Assembly (NCBI RefSeq): GCF_000020025.1
Contig: NC_010628.1
Location: 3,390,001-3,422,000 of the forward strand
Direction: 5' to 3'
DNA from: Nostoc punctiforme PCC 73102
Lineage (GTDB): Bacteria; Cyanobacteriota; Cyanobacteriia; Cyanobacteriales; Nostocaceae
DNA length: 32,000 nucleotides
Positions 10,078 to 19,002 of the stretch are shown piece after piece. The notes beneath the pieces are model-generated. The model was not told where the DNA came from and did no database searches. It saw only the letters and a list, made by a program, of their open reading frames with translations. Made by a program: the position numbers and the translations under genes. Numbering within the stretch: position 1 is the first letter of the stretch; each line of letters opens with the position of its first letter.

Positions 10078-10698
10078 ATGGCTAGGAAACAAAGTCTCTC
10101 TGACTTACTACAAGAAGAGGCACAAAAATTTACACCCCCAGAAGGTGAATCTGCGATCGAGGTTACAGCAAAAGCAATTACCGAAGAACAGGCTTCATCT
10201 GATGAAGAATCCTCAGCACAAACATCTGAGCCAAATTCTACTAAGCGTACAAGCCCAACTAAAGCTGATTTAGAAGCGACTGTTAAAGAGTTGACAAGTA
10301 ATTTAGAAACAAGCCACAAAAAAGAAGCATCTCTTGGACAAGAAGTTGCTGATTTGCAATCAAAATTATCTAAACAAAAAACATTTGTATCAGAACAAAA
10401 ATCATTACTAGAACAACTAACAAAAGAACTTGAAGAAACTAAAAAAACAGCACTGCAACTTGCAGAAGCAAATTCCAAGCTTATAGAAGAAATTAATGCT
10501 TTAAAACAAACAGCAGAAGATAATTCTAAAAAACTTGTTGTCAAAGAAAGTACTGCTATTAAACCAGTCAAAGATCATTACAATCCACTTAACTACAAAA
10601 AATCACATCGTTCATCGGAAACATTAGCTCAAAATCAACCACAAAATCAACCAGTAGAGTATCCTGAAAGTTCTAATGAGATGTGGTTACTTGACTAG
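10078..10698 (+). CDS. Acidic coiled-coil, Q-rich protein with a Trp four residues from the C-terminus; candidate Type-2 McdB
   Basis: The ATG at 10078 lies 2 nt after the ParA stop (TAA TA ATG). It has a charged, low-complexity N-region and a central heptad-like stretch (LQSKLSKQKTFVSEQKSLLEQLTKELEETKKTALQLAEANSKLIEEINALKQ). The tail is QNQPQNQP and the C-terminus is ...SSNEMWLLD. Confidence 0.55.
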   Translation: MARKQSLSDLLQEEAQKFTPPEGESAIEVTAKAITEEQASSDEESSAQTSEPNSTKRTSPTKADLEATVKELTSNLETSHKKEASLGQEVADLQSKLSKQKTFVSEQKSLLEQLTKELEETKKTALQLAEANSKLIEEINALKQTAEDNSKKLVVKESTAIKPVKDHYNPLNYKKSHRSSETLAQNQPQNQPVEYPESSNEMWLLD

Positions 10699-10723
10699 TA
10701 CAGCTTGGCGCAAATCAAGCTAA

Positions 10724-10756
10724 CTTTAACAAGGGGGATTATGCCCCTTGTTAAAG
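10724..10756. terminator. Strong hairpin (13-bp perfect stem CTTTAACAAGGGG / CCCCTTGTTAAAG) between convergent genes; probable bidirectional terminator
   Basis: The arms at 10724-10736 and 10744-10756 are exact reverse complements with a 7-nt loop. It lies between the stop of the McdB-like gene and the stop of the hydrolase gene. There is no long U-tract. Confidence 0.5.
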
Positions 10757-10863
10757 GCAAACTTCCGACAGCGTAAAATAGAGTATTTTTTTAAAACGTT
10801 CTCTCTAAATACATCCAAATAAAGTGCAAGAGATGCAGCAGACTTCTTGGGTTTTAACTACAA

Positions 10864-11751
10864 TTAAACTCGAAAGTCTAAAATATGCTGTGCAGTAATT
10901 TGTGGTTGTTCCAGATGCGGAAGATGACCACAATCTTGAATCCAGAAGAGGGTACTGTGGGGAATTGCTCTTTTAAATCTCATCGCATCCTTAGTACCCA
11001 AAATTTTATCAGAATCGCCCCATAAAATTAGCGTTTGTTGCAGAATTTGTGATATTTTTTTAAATCTAAAAGCACTGTAACCACCACTTTTAGTAAAAGC
11101 AATCAAAGCTTGATTCCAACTGGGCATTTGAAGATGTAATGCGCCACAACATAAAGCATCCACAGAAGCAAGACTTTGATTTTTATATCCAATGCGAGAA
11201 ACGCGATCGCGCACCTTTAGATTACTCAAAAATTGAGTTGCGAAATAATCCAATGGGGGAAACATGAATTTACTTAACGGTGAACCACCAGCTAACCCCG
11301 CACTATCAATCAACACCAGCTTTTTTACAACTTCCGGGTAAGTCAGCGTAAAATCAATCGCCGTCGCACCCCCCATCGAAGCGCCCACTAAAATAACAGG
11401 TTGGTTAATTAAGCTTTTCCAGAAATAATAAAGATGGGTTTTAATCGCAGTTGGGCTATAAGCAATTCCTGAGAGTCTATCTGTAAACCCAAAACCCAAC
11501 AAATCCACAGCCCACGTTTCATTATCTCTAGAGAGTAGTGGCAAAAGCCGCCGAAATTCTAATACAGAACTGTCAAAGCCGTGAATTAATAAAATAGGAG
11601 TTCCACCACTCCCTTGCTTAACATAAGTTGTGGTAACTGGTTGATTAATTAAAGGAGTAGCGATCGCAGCAGTTTGAATATTCTGAGCTAGTGCGATCGA
11701 GGCAGATTCTGTCAGTTGCCCAACTGCTTGAGGAAGAAAATTCGGAAACAT
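10864..11751 (-). CDS. Alpha/beta-fold hydrolase
   Basis: Has the oxyanion HG motif (LLIHGFDSS), a nucleophile elbow GASMGG, and a C-terminal DCGHLPHLEQP (catalytic His). Confidence 0.85.
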   Translation of the reverse strand: MFPNFLPQAVGQLTESASIALAQNIQTAAIATPLINQPVTTTYVKQGSGGTPILLIHGFDSSVLEFRRLLPLLSRDNETWAVDLLGFGFTDRLSGIAYSPTAIKTHLYYFWKSLINQPVILVGASMGGATAIDFTLTYPEVVKKLVLIDSAGLAGGSPLSKFMFPPLDYFATQFLSNLKVRDRVSRIGYKNQSLASVDALCCGALHLQMPSWNQALIAFTKSGGYSAFRFKKISQILQQTLILWGDSDKILGTKDAMRFKRAIPHSTLFWIQDCGHLPHLEQPQITAQHILDFRV

Positions 11752-11885
11752 AAATTTCAGTTTATCGTATTAGCTTGCTTTGGTGCATCGCTGATTTTGT
11801 TAAACAACAAAATTACACAAACTAATATGCTCAAGTATTATTTGTAATACATAAAACATAGTTTAGCGGCTAATCAAAATATTCT

Positions 11886-11918
11886 AACTCTTGTAAAGAC
11901 GCGATTAATCGCGTCTCT
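11886..11918. repeat. Dispersed 33-bp hairpin repeat, copy 2 (AACTCTTGTAAAGACGCGATTAATCGCGTCTCT)
   Basis: Matches 9354-9386 at 31 of 33 positions and has the same 9-bp stem. It is upstream of ccmK3. Confidence 0.8.
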
Positions 11919-12019
11919 CCTAATTCCCACCACTAAAGAAAATTTTGCAAAATGTCAAAATTGGGACTAAAGCCACGTACAATTGATATCGCCTATCCCT
12001 TATTCCAGGAGCTAATGCC

Positions 12020-12331
12020 ATGCCAATGGCGGTTGGCGTAATTGAAACTTTAGGTTTTCCTAGTGTTTTAGCCGCAGCAGATGCAATGGTCAAAGCTGCC
12101 GCAGTCACGATTGTGTATTATGGTCAAGCCGAAAGCGCTCGTTTGTTAGTCGCTGTCCGGGGACACGTTTCTGAAGTCAATAGAGCTGTTGAAGCCGGAA
12201 TCGAAGCTGGAGAGCAAGTCAAGGTTGGTACAGTAATCACCCACTATATCGTTCCTAATCCTCCCGAAAATGTGGAAACCATATTACCAATCCATTTCAC
12301 TGAAGAATCAGAACCTTTCCGCATGTTCTAA
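12020..12331 (+). CDS. ccmK3: Carboxysome shell protein CcmK3 (BMC-H domain)
   Basis: Starts [34 protein letters not shown] and has the CcmK3-typical HYIVPNPPENV near the C-terminus. It is paired with CcmK4 as in other beta-cyanobacteria. Confidence 0.85.
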   Translation: MPMAVGVIETLGFPSVLAAADAMVKAAAVTIVYYGQAESARLLVAVRGHVSEVNRAVEAGIEAGEQVKVGTVITHYIVPNPPENVETILPIHFTEESEPFRMF

Positions 12332-12416
12332 GCAATTTTGCTATCAAAATCTGTAGCGAAGCTTCGTACAATTAACTTGTAGCCCCCATATCGTTTATTC
12401 ATACAGGAGATTAATA

Positions 12417-12764
12417 ATGTCATTACAGGCAGTTGGAGCACTTGAAACGAAAGGTTTCCCGGCGGTGCTAGCAGCAGCAGATGCTATGGTAAAAGCTGGT
12501 CGAGTCACCCTTGTTGGATATATCAGAGTGGGTAGCGCCCGTTTTACAGTTAATATTCGTGGCGATGTTTCTGAGGTAAAAGCGGCTATGGCTGCTGGTG
12601 TTGAAGCCGCAGAGAATGTATATGGTGGTACCCTAGAATCCTGGGTGATTATTCCTCGTCCTCATGAAAACGTCGAAGCTGTTCTACCAATTGCTTATAC
12701 AGAACAAGTCCAAGGGTATCGAGAATCTGTAGAAAATCCCATTGTCAGATCGAACAATCGATAG
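12417..12764 (+). CDS. ccmK4: Carboxysome shell protein CcmK4 (BMC-H domain)
   Basis: Contains [57 protein letters not shown]...[11 protein letters not shown], which closely resembles Synechocystis CcmK4 as I recall it. Confidence 0.85.
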   Translation: MSLQAVGALETKGFPAVLAAADAMVKAGRVTLVGYIRVGSARFTVNIRGDVSEVKAAMAAGVEAAENVYGGTLESWVIIPRPHENVEAVLPIAYTEQVQGYRESVENPIVRSNNR

Positions 12765-13598
12765 ATTCAACCTCCTGCGGGGGAATTCAAAACGAAGAAT
12801 CCCTACAAATGAATTTATTGAGAAGTCTATTTTAAGGCTTCTGACCATTAAAGCTTTTGAGGGTTGCATTCTTTCTGTTTTTAGATTTTGCAGAAGTTGA
12901 ATTTTGAAGCAGAGGGAAGCAACAATCAGAGTCAATAGTCAAAATCCATATTGACTGTTGACTATTCATTTTTACGAATGTAAACGTTTTATATAACAGC
13001 TTATTAAACTCCTCTGAAACACTAATTTACGTATATACATTTAGATAAAATAAAAATATATTAAGAAATTTAACTTAATACAATTCAGTTAAGGCTCGAT
13101 CCTCTTGCGTAATTCCCCTTAGAAAAGAGGGAATTAAGCTATTTTAAGAGGGTTGAAGGAATGTTATAGGGCAAAATCTGATGAACACCAAGCGTATTAA
13201 GATTTAACTAAGTATTTTACTACGTATGGGATTGTAGAGGGGTGAAACTTATACGGGTGAAATAACGTCTGAGATTGAGTTAAATTAGATTGGTTCCTTC
13301 TATACTGTTACAAAATATCAGATATCCCCGATCCTATCTCGTGCAAAGGTGTATCCCCACCACTCTAGGCAGATTTCTGTTCTCAGTTAAAAAATATAAC
13401 TTTACAAAAAGCTTAAATTCACAGAGTTGCTCTAAATGCTTCATTTACAAGGGTTTTGGGCATTTTGGGATTGAGAGAAAAACATCAATGTAGAAATTTC
13501 TGCATAATTCTAGTGAATTAGGACGTAATAAGAGTAGAAACACTGAGCTATTTTCATGAAACTCATGAAATCTGGGGCAGCTGCCAGTTAACAATTAG

Positions 13599-14795
13599 GT
13601 GGGACAAATGGGGGTTGTGATGCAAACTTCAAAATTGAGTTTCGAGGAATGCAATCTCAGTATGACAACAGATATGGAAAAACTGGCTTTAGATTGGCAA
13701 AAGCGCTTGGCTGTTGAATGTCCAGAGCAGAATGAAGCTGCTAGGCAAAGTATTATTCTCTGGCTATTTGGATCTGACTCAAAACGCTTTGATCTGTTGA
13801 ACCCGAAGGAACTTGAGATCGCCAAACAAGCGATGGAATATCGCTGGAGGATTTTACGTCAACGTTATTTGGGATTTGGGCGAGAACGTGCTTATCGCAA
13901 CTTGATAACGCGACTAGGGAGTTTAGTGACATTACGGAATAAGATTCAGACTTGGGTTTCCCTCAGCCGCGATCGCCAGCGCAGTGTGATGGATGTATTG
14001 CAAGAAGTACTCCAAGAATTACTGCAAACTGATGCCTATATGCAACAACAAATGGCCGATCTTGCCAAATATACAAGCGATAGGCGATTGGCTGATGCTC
14101 TGCTATTTGCCACTGTAGAAGAATATTGTTTGCGGCCAGTACGCAATCAACCCCTATTAGCTTATCGGTTTGTAAATTACTTGCGTCGCACTCAGCGCGG
14201 TGGCTTAACCCAAGTGCCTGGTCGTGACATGATTAAACTGGTGTCAGAAGAAGTCCTCACCGACGACAATGACAATCGAGTTAACTTAGTGGATAGTCAG
14301 GCGATCGCAGAATATCAAGAAACACAACAACTAGAAGAACAACAGGCCCTACGTCAGTCCGTCCAAAAAGAATTTGAAAATTATTTACAAGAAAATCTGG
14401 GAAAAGACGCAGTAGAATGGCTACGACTCTATCTGCAAGGTAAGTCCCAAGAAGAGATCGCCCAGAAACTAGATAAGCAGACTAAAGAAGTCTACCGTCT
14501 GCGAGAAAAAATTAGTTACCATGCTGTGCGTGTTTTTGCCCTCAAAGGTAAACCAGAGCTAGTAGACAGCTGGCTCTCAATTTCCTTACAAGAACATAAC
14601 TTAGGGTTAACGCAAAACCAATGGCAACAACTTGATGAAAAATTGACTCCTCTGGGGCGGCAGATTCTAGATTTGCGGAAAGCAGGTAACTCAATAGAAA
14701 CAATAGCTCAACAGTTAAAGCTCAAAACCCATCAAGTGTTAGGCGAATGGACAAAAATTTATCTTGCAGCCCAAGCTTTAAGAACCCAAGAGTAG
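13599..14795 (+). CDS. HetZ-family protein (hetZ ortholog or HetZ-related paralog), with C-terminal sigma-70-region-4-like HTH repeats
   Basis: About 395 aa. The C-terminal pattern WLRLYLQGKSQEEIAQKL...VYRLREKISYHAVRVFAL...WLSISLQEHNLGLTQNQWQQL...RQILDLRKAGNSIETIAQQLKLKTHQV..W.KIYL is the architecture I associate with HetZ proteins. The start is ambiguous (GTG 13599, ATG 13608 or ATG 13620). Confidence 0.55.
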   Translation: MGQMGVVMQTSKLSFEECNLSMTTDMEKLALDWQKRLAVECPEQNEAARQSIILWLFGSDSKRFDLLNPKELEIAKQAMEYRWRILRQRYLGFGRERAYRNLITRLGSLVTLRNKIQTWVSLSRDRQRSVMDVLQEVLQELLQTDAYMQQQMADLAKYTSDRRLADALLFATVEEYCLRPVRNQPLLAYRFVNYLRRTQRGGLTQVPGRDMIKLVSEEVLTDDNDNRVNLVDSQAIAEYQETQQLEEQQALRQSVQKEFENYLQENLGKDAVEWLRLYLQGKSQEEIAQKLDKQTKEVYRLREKISYHAVRVFALKGKPELVDSWLSISLQEHNLGLTQNQWQQLDEKLTPLGRQILDLRKAGNSIETIAQQLKLKTHQVLGEWTKIYLAAQALRTQE

Positions 14796-14890
14796 CCAAT
14801 TTAGGGGGAGTGAGACAAGGCAAATGGAGAGTGGCGAAGTGGAGGAGTAGGGAAAGTAGGGGATTAGGGTAAGAAGAAGTATTAATTATT

Positions 14891-14911
14891 TGCCCAATGC
14901 CCAATGCCCAA
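14891..14911. repeat. Heptamer tandem repeat TGCCCAA x3 (STRR-like)
   Basis: Three perfect copies read directly, downstream of the HetZ-family gene. Confidence 0.8.
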
Positions 14912-15069
14912 TCCTCAGTATTATCCCCAATCCATCATCTAAAATTCATCTTCTAGTTACGTCTACTTAAGTATATATAATTGAAATTTTAACAATCAAA
15001 CAAAGTATCTTTATTAACTACCTACTCAATTAGAGGCAAAATATAAATAAACACCACGCAATCAAACCT

Positions 15070-16287
15070 ATGCTGTCTTCCGAGGGCGAACTAAATGATA
15101 CCGCAGCAAATCTACAGAAAATCCTAACTGCTACTCAAACTAGATGGGAGGAAGGAGGGGAACGCGAGCAAATGTTCCAACTGATTGATAATCTTTTATC
15201 CTTTGAAGCTTGCCTCTACCATCAGATTTTGCCCTTGGGATTAGAGGACAAAAACCTCTTGCTAGGTATGGTTTATCCCCAAGACAGTGAGGCACTAGAT
15301 TATGTTGGTCGCATTTTGTCTTATATCAATTGCACAATGGTGATTGAGGCGATCGCAAGCGACTCTCACCGCAGAATATTATCAGCCTACCTCAACCATA
15401 AGAATACATCTCAGCTAGATGCAAAACTTGTGCATGAGTCAACAGAGGACTTTCCCCAACAAAATACTGACAAACCTATTCCCTCACTAAATGTCGACTC
15501 AGAATCAAATCAGCACCCAATATTGATGGCGTTTCAGACACAAAAGCGTCAACATTCTGGACAGCGTGTAGACTTGCCTCCTATCCCAGAGCTAGATCAA
15601 TCATCTCAAACTTTAAGGAGACAAGAGGGCGAGACATCCGTTGCAGCAGCAAACAATTTACCTATTTTGCCTACACAAGTTCCTGAATTACTTACTTCCA
15701 TTGAGTTGCTGCCAACACTACCACCTAAAAAATTACTAGAGGAATTACTAGGGCGAATTCTAAGTGGGGGAATTGGTCGGCTGTATTTAGAAAGACAAGC
15801 TTACGAAGGCAGGATACTGTGGAGTGATAATGGAATATTGCAGTCTGTATTAGACAAACTGCCGCTCTATGTTTTCCAAGGAGTACTGAATGAATTAAAG
15901 CGGTTTGCCTCCATGCCTCTCACCACGCTTGCGGAACCAAAACAGGTAGAGAAGGAATACGTATATCAAAAAAACCGCTTGTTATTACGCTTGCGAGTTA
16001 TGCCGGGAACCTACGGTGAAGAGGCAACACTCCAAGTCTTGCGGGGAGCAGCATTAAAGTTCTATCAACAACAGCAATTAATGCGTCTGGGACGTGATGC
16101 TTTAGGAATTTCTCAGCAACTAAGTTTCAAATTACATGAACTACAAGAACGGCTTTTGTTGAATCCCAGCCTTGACTCTCAGCAATCAGAGGCTTTAGCT
16201 ACACTGAATCAATTAGTGAAAAATTTAGACCAACAGATCAAAATACTGGCAATACATAGCAATCCACCAACAGACAGCAAATTATAA
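15070..16287 (+). CDS. Protein with an N-terminal T2SS-E N-terminal-like (GspE_N/MshEN-like) domain and no ATPase domain; position and size are compatible with a PatU-like partner of HetZ
   Basis: LLSFEACLYHQILPLGLEDKNLLLGMVYPQDSEALDYVGRILSYINCTMVIEAI resembles the T2SSE_N fold repeat (hh.P..h....l.lam.dP.d..a.d.l). There is no Walker A anywhere. The middle is disordered and the C-terminal part is Q-rich. Confidence 0.4.
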   Translation: MLSSEGELNDTAANLQKILTATQTRWEEGGEREQMFQLIDNLLSFEACLYHQILPLGLEDKNLLLGMVYPQDSEALDYVGRILSYINCTMVIEAIASDSHRRILSAYLNHKNTSQLDAKLVHESTEDFPQQNTDKPIPSLNVDSESNQHPILMAFQTQKRQHSGQRVDLPPIPELDQSSQTLRRQEGETSVAAANNLPILPTQVPELLTSIELLPTLPPKKLLEELLGRILSGGIGRLYLERQAYEGRILWSDNGILQSVLDKLPLYVFQGVLNELKRFASMPLTTLAEPKQVEKEYVYQKNRLLLRLRVMPGTYGEEATLQVLRGAALKFYQQQQLMRLGRDALGISQQLSFKLHELQERLLLNPSLDSQQSEALATLNQLVKNLDQQIKILAIHSNPPTDSKL

Positions 16288-16488
16288 GTCTGTCAGTGAA
16301 AGCGCTGATTTCGATCGCGTACATAATTGTTATGTTGTAATCGGACTTTAGACCGATCAACCTTATAAAGTTCATCTCAAATAAATACAAATTTTGCGAT
16401 CGTACTCTGAGTAAGATTACGATTTAAACAAACTTTATAGTATCAAAGTTAGTTTCCCGCTCTTGAATCCATTTGTTGCAAATATTTC

Positions 16489-17172
16489 ATGCTAACTGAG
16501 GTTTTTAGTGAACTTTTCCCCTTGATGAGTACAGCCAACCCACAGACCTTAGAATGGCTACTCAACGTTGCAATTGAACATGAATACCCATCGGGGCGAG
16601 CCGTTGTGATGGAAGATGCCTGGGGTAACGCCGTTTACTTCGTGGTTTCTGGTTGGGTCAAAGTCCGGCGTACTGTCGGGGACGATTCAGTAGCTTTGGC
16701 AATTTTTGGTCGTGGCGATTTTTTTGGAGAGATGGCAATTTTAGATGAATCTCCACGCTCAACTGATGTCATTGCCCTTTCACCCGTGAAGTTGCTTAGT
16801 ATCTCCAGAGAGCGTTTTATTCAAATATTGTTTAAAGACCCGCAGTTACATCACCGGATGCTGCAACTGATGGTGCGGCGATTGCGGCAAATTAACCAGC
16901 GATTACAAATGCGGTCTTCACCACCAGCAGTCAAACTCGCTCATACCCTAGTAACTTTAGGTGAAAGCTATGGTCAGGAATCAGACTTAGGAAGAGAAGT
17001 TTTTAACATTCCCTTTAAAGATTTAGCAGAGGTGACAGAAATCGGCGTTGAAGAAACCACCAAAATCATGGAAAAGCTTCATGAAAAAGGGTGGATCAAA
17101 ATTGATAGCGCCAATAACATTACTTATCTTGTGAATTTGAAGCAGTTGATAAACTTGGCTGGCAAAGTGTGA
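16489..17172 (+). CDS. Crp/Fnr-family transcriptional regulator (canonical cNMP-binding domain plus C-terminal HTH)
   Basis: Has the canonical phosphate-binding cassette GDFFGEMAILDESPRSTDVIA and a C-terminal wHTH region (FKDLAEVTEIGVEETTKIMEKLHEKGWI). It is not NtcA; the sequence differs from the NtcA N-terminus I know. Confidence 0.85.
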   Translation: MLTEVFSELFPLMSTANPQTLEWLLNVAIEHEYPSGRAVVMEDAWGNAVYFVVSGWVKVRRTVGDDSVALAIFGRGDFFGEMAILDESPRSTDVIALSPVKLLSISRERFIQILFKDPQLHHRMLQLMVRRLRQINQRLQMRSSPPAVKLAHTLVTLGESYGQESDLGREVFNIPFKDLAEVTEIGVEETTKIMEKLHEKGWIKIDSANNITYLVNLKQLINLAGKV

Positions 17173-17346
17173 TTACTTTATCTGAAATAATCTATCACAG
17201 GTAGGGCTAGTATACAATTGCCCAAGCTACGTTAGTTATACTTAAAACTCTGCTTCAACACTGAGCGATGTCTAACGACAAGCCGCTCCCTGTCTACACA
17301 ATTGGGCTGTTAAGCGATCGATTCTTTGTCGTTCTAATTCCGCTCT

Positions 17347-17631
17347 TTAGCTTTCCTGTTCTGCTCTTTCCTCACCACTCAATAACAAATTACCTTGCAA
17401 ATACCACCAGCGCAGCCAGAGTAATTCCGCATTCTGATAAATTCCTTGCCATAAGCCTAGCTCAACTCCCAAAGGCGTAATAGGATAATCTTTCCACTCA
17501 TTTGCTGGTAACAATTGATATTTCCCTTCAATAATGTGGTACATTTTCACACTGGCTTTATTCATTTGATAAATGCCGTAAAAAGCTTGAAATAAAGTGA
17601 CTTGACGAGCCTCGCTCCCCACTAATCTCAA
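17347..17631 (-). pseudogene. Probable remnant (C-terminal ~90 aa) of an Uma2/DUF820-family endonuclease gene
   Basis: VKMYHIIEGKYQLLPANE...ITPLGVELGLWQGIYQNAELLWLRWWYLQGNLLLSGEERAEQE matches the conserved C-terminal half of cyanobacterial Uma2 proteins. The catalytic N-terminal half has no room, because the ORF start overlaps the hom stop. Confidence 0.35.
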
Positions 17632-18914
17632 AGTACACGCAGTAAGCTGGGAATGCTTTCAATCGCTTCCAAATTCTGAATTTCTGCCAAAGCTTGCCTA
17701 AAATTGCCTTCTGGCACATCATGGGTAACAACCACAATCTCTGCTAGTTCCCCTTGAAAGCCAGTTTGGACAATTGACTCTAAGCTAACGCCATAATTAC
17801 CAAAGCAAGTCCCCAATTTCCCGATAACTCCCGGTTGGTCATTGGTAAGGAAACGGGCATAAAACCGAGTTATCAGTTCTGCCATCGGCGCAATTTGGCA
17901 GTATTCTTGATGTCCACAAGCTATTAATGGATTTGCAACTGCTGTATTGGTTTTGAGGACAGCAACTAGATTTAAGATATCTGATGTCACAGCACTGGCG
18001 GTTGCACCAGCACCAGCACCAGGGCCGAAAAACATTACTTGCCCAATTGGTTCTCCTTCGACGAGAATGGCGTTGTAAACGCCGTTGATACTAGCCAAAG
18101 GGTGAGCTTGGGGCACTAAAGTCGGATGAACTCTAACGGAAAGTGGTGATGAGGGAGTATCACGTTTAGCGATCGCTAACAATTTAATCACAAATCCTAA
18201 TTTTTCGGCGTAGGCAATATCTGTTTTGCTGACTTGCCGAATCCCCTCAGTATAAACATCTTGTAGGTTGATGCGTCCACCAAAGCCTAATGATGCCAGG
18301 ATGGCAATTTTATCGGCTGCGTCTAAGCCATCGACATCGGCTGTAGGGTCAGCCTCAGCATAACCCAAACGTTGGGCATCAGCTAAGACATCGCTAAAGT
18401 TGCTGCCTTCTGTTTGCATCCGCGTCAGGATGTAGTTAGTTGTACCGTTCACGATGCCTGTGACAGTGTGAATGCGATTAACACTCAAAGACTGCTTTAG
18501 GGGTTGAATTACCGGAATACCACCACCCACGGCAGCTTCTAGCATGACGTATACGCCAGCTTGATTGGCAGTTGTGAAAATTTCCGCCCCAAACCGAGCG
18601 ATCGCTGCTTTGTTGGCGGTGACTACGTGTTTGCCATTACTCAAAGCTTTGAGAATTAGCGATCGCGCCGGCTCCAGTCCGCCCATCACCTCGACAACTA
18701 TATCTACCGCCGGATCGTTGACAATTGATTCTAAATCTGTCGTTACTACTTCTGTAGATAATTCTACTGCACGGGGTTTATCGAGCGATTTTACTCCCAC
18801 CCGATAGATTTCTATCTCTTGTAACAACGGGTGCCGTCCAGCCTTATCTTGCAACAACTGCACTGTCCCCGTTCCCACAGTGCCTAATCCGAGTATTCCT
18901 AATTTCACACCCAC
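17628..18914 (-). CDS. hom: Homoserine dehydrogenase
   Basis: Has the NAD-binding N-terminus VGVKLGILGLGTVGTG, a catalytic-domain sequence and a C-terminal ACT domain. The ORF runs to a TTG at 18944, but GTG at 18914 or 18908 gives the usual N-terminus. A hairpin at 18947-18972 sits upstream. Confidence 0.9.
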   Translation of the reverse strand: MGVKLGILGLGTVGTGTVQLLQDKAGRHPLLQEIEIYRVGVKSLDKPRAVELSTEVVTTDLESIVNDPAVDIVVEVMGGLEPARSLILKALSNGKHVVTANKAAIARFGAEIFTTANQAGVYVMLEAAVGGGIPVIQPLKQSLSVNRIHTVTGIVNGTTNYILTRMQTEGSNFSDVLADAQRLGYAEADPTADVDGLDAADKIAILASLGFGGRINLQDVYTEGIRQVSKTDIAYAEKLGFVIKLLAIAKRDTPSSPLSVRVHPTLVPQAHPLASINGVYNAILVEGEPIGQVMFFGPGAGAGATASAVTSDILNLVAVLKTNTAVANPLIACGHQEYCQIAPMAELITRFYARFLTNDQPGVIGKLGTCFGNYGVSLESIVQTGFQGELAEIVVVTHDVPEGNFRQALAEIQNLEAIESIPSLLRVL

Positions 18915-19002
18915 AATTTTTGCACCCAATTTCACCAAGAACAATTGTAGGTAGAGCGTTTGCCCTACCTACTGATGATTATCCTGCTTCCTTTGCCATT
19001 TG

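Noticed and set aside
9936-10571. 211-aa minus-strand ORF (Ser/Cys-rich)
   Set aside because: It is the antisense shadow of the low-complexity coiled-coil gene. Its composition is implausible and it has no start context.
9443-10698. ParA plus partner as an integrated plasmid/prophage partition module
   Set aside because: There is no ParB-type HTH, replication gene, integrase or centromere-like repeat array nearby. The partner's coiled-coil/Q-rich/C-terminal-Trp features and the ccmK3-ccmK4 proximity fit McdAB better, though this is unproven.
12020-12764. Independent bacterial microcompartment (metabolosome) locus
   Set aside because: Only two BMC-H genes are present, with clear CcmK3/CcmK4 signatures. 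There is no signature enzyme, BMC-P or BMC-T gene. This is the known satellite locus of the beta-carboxysome.
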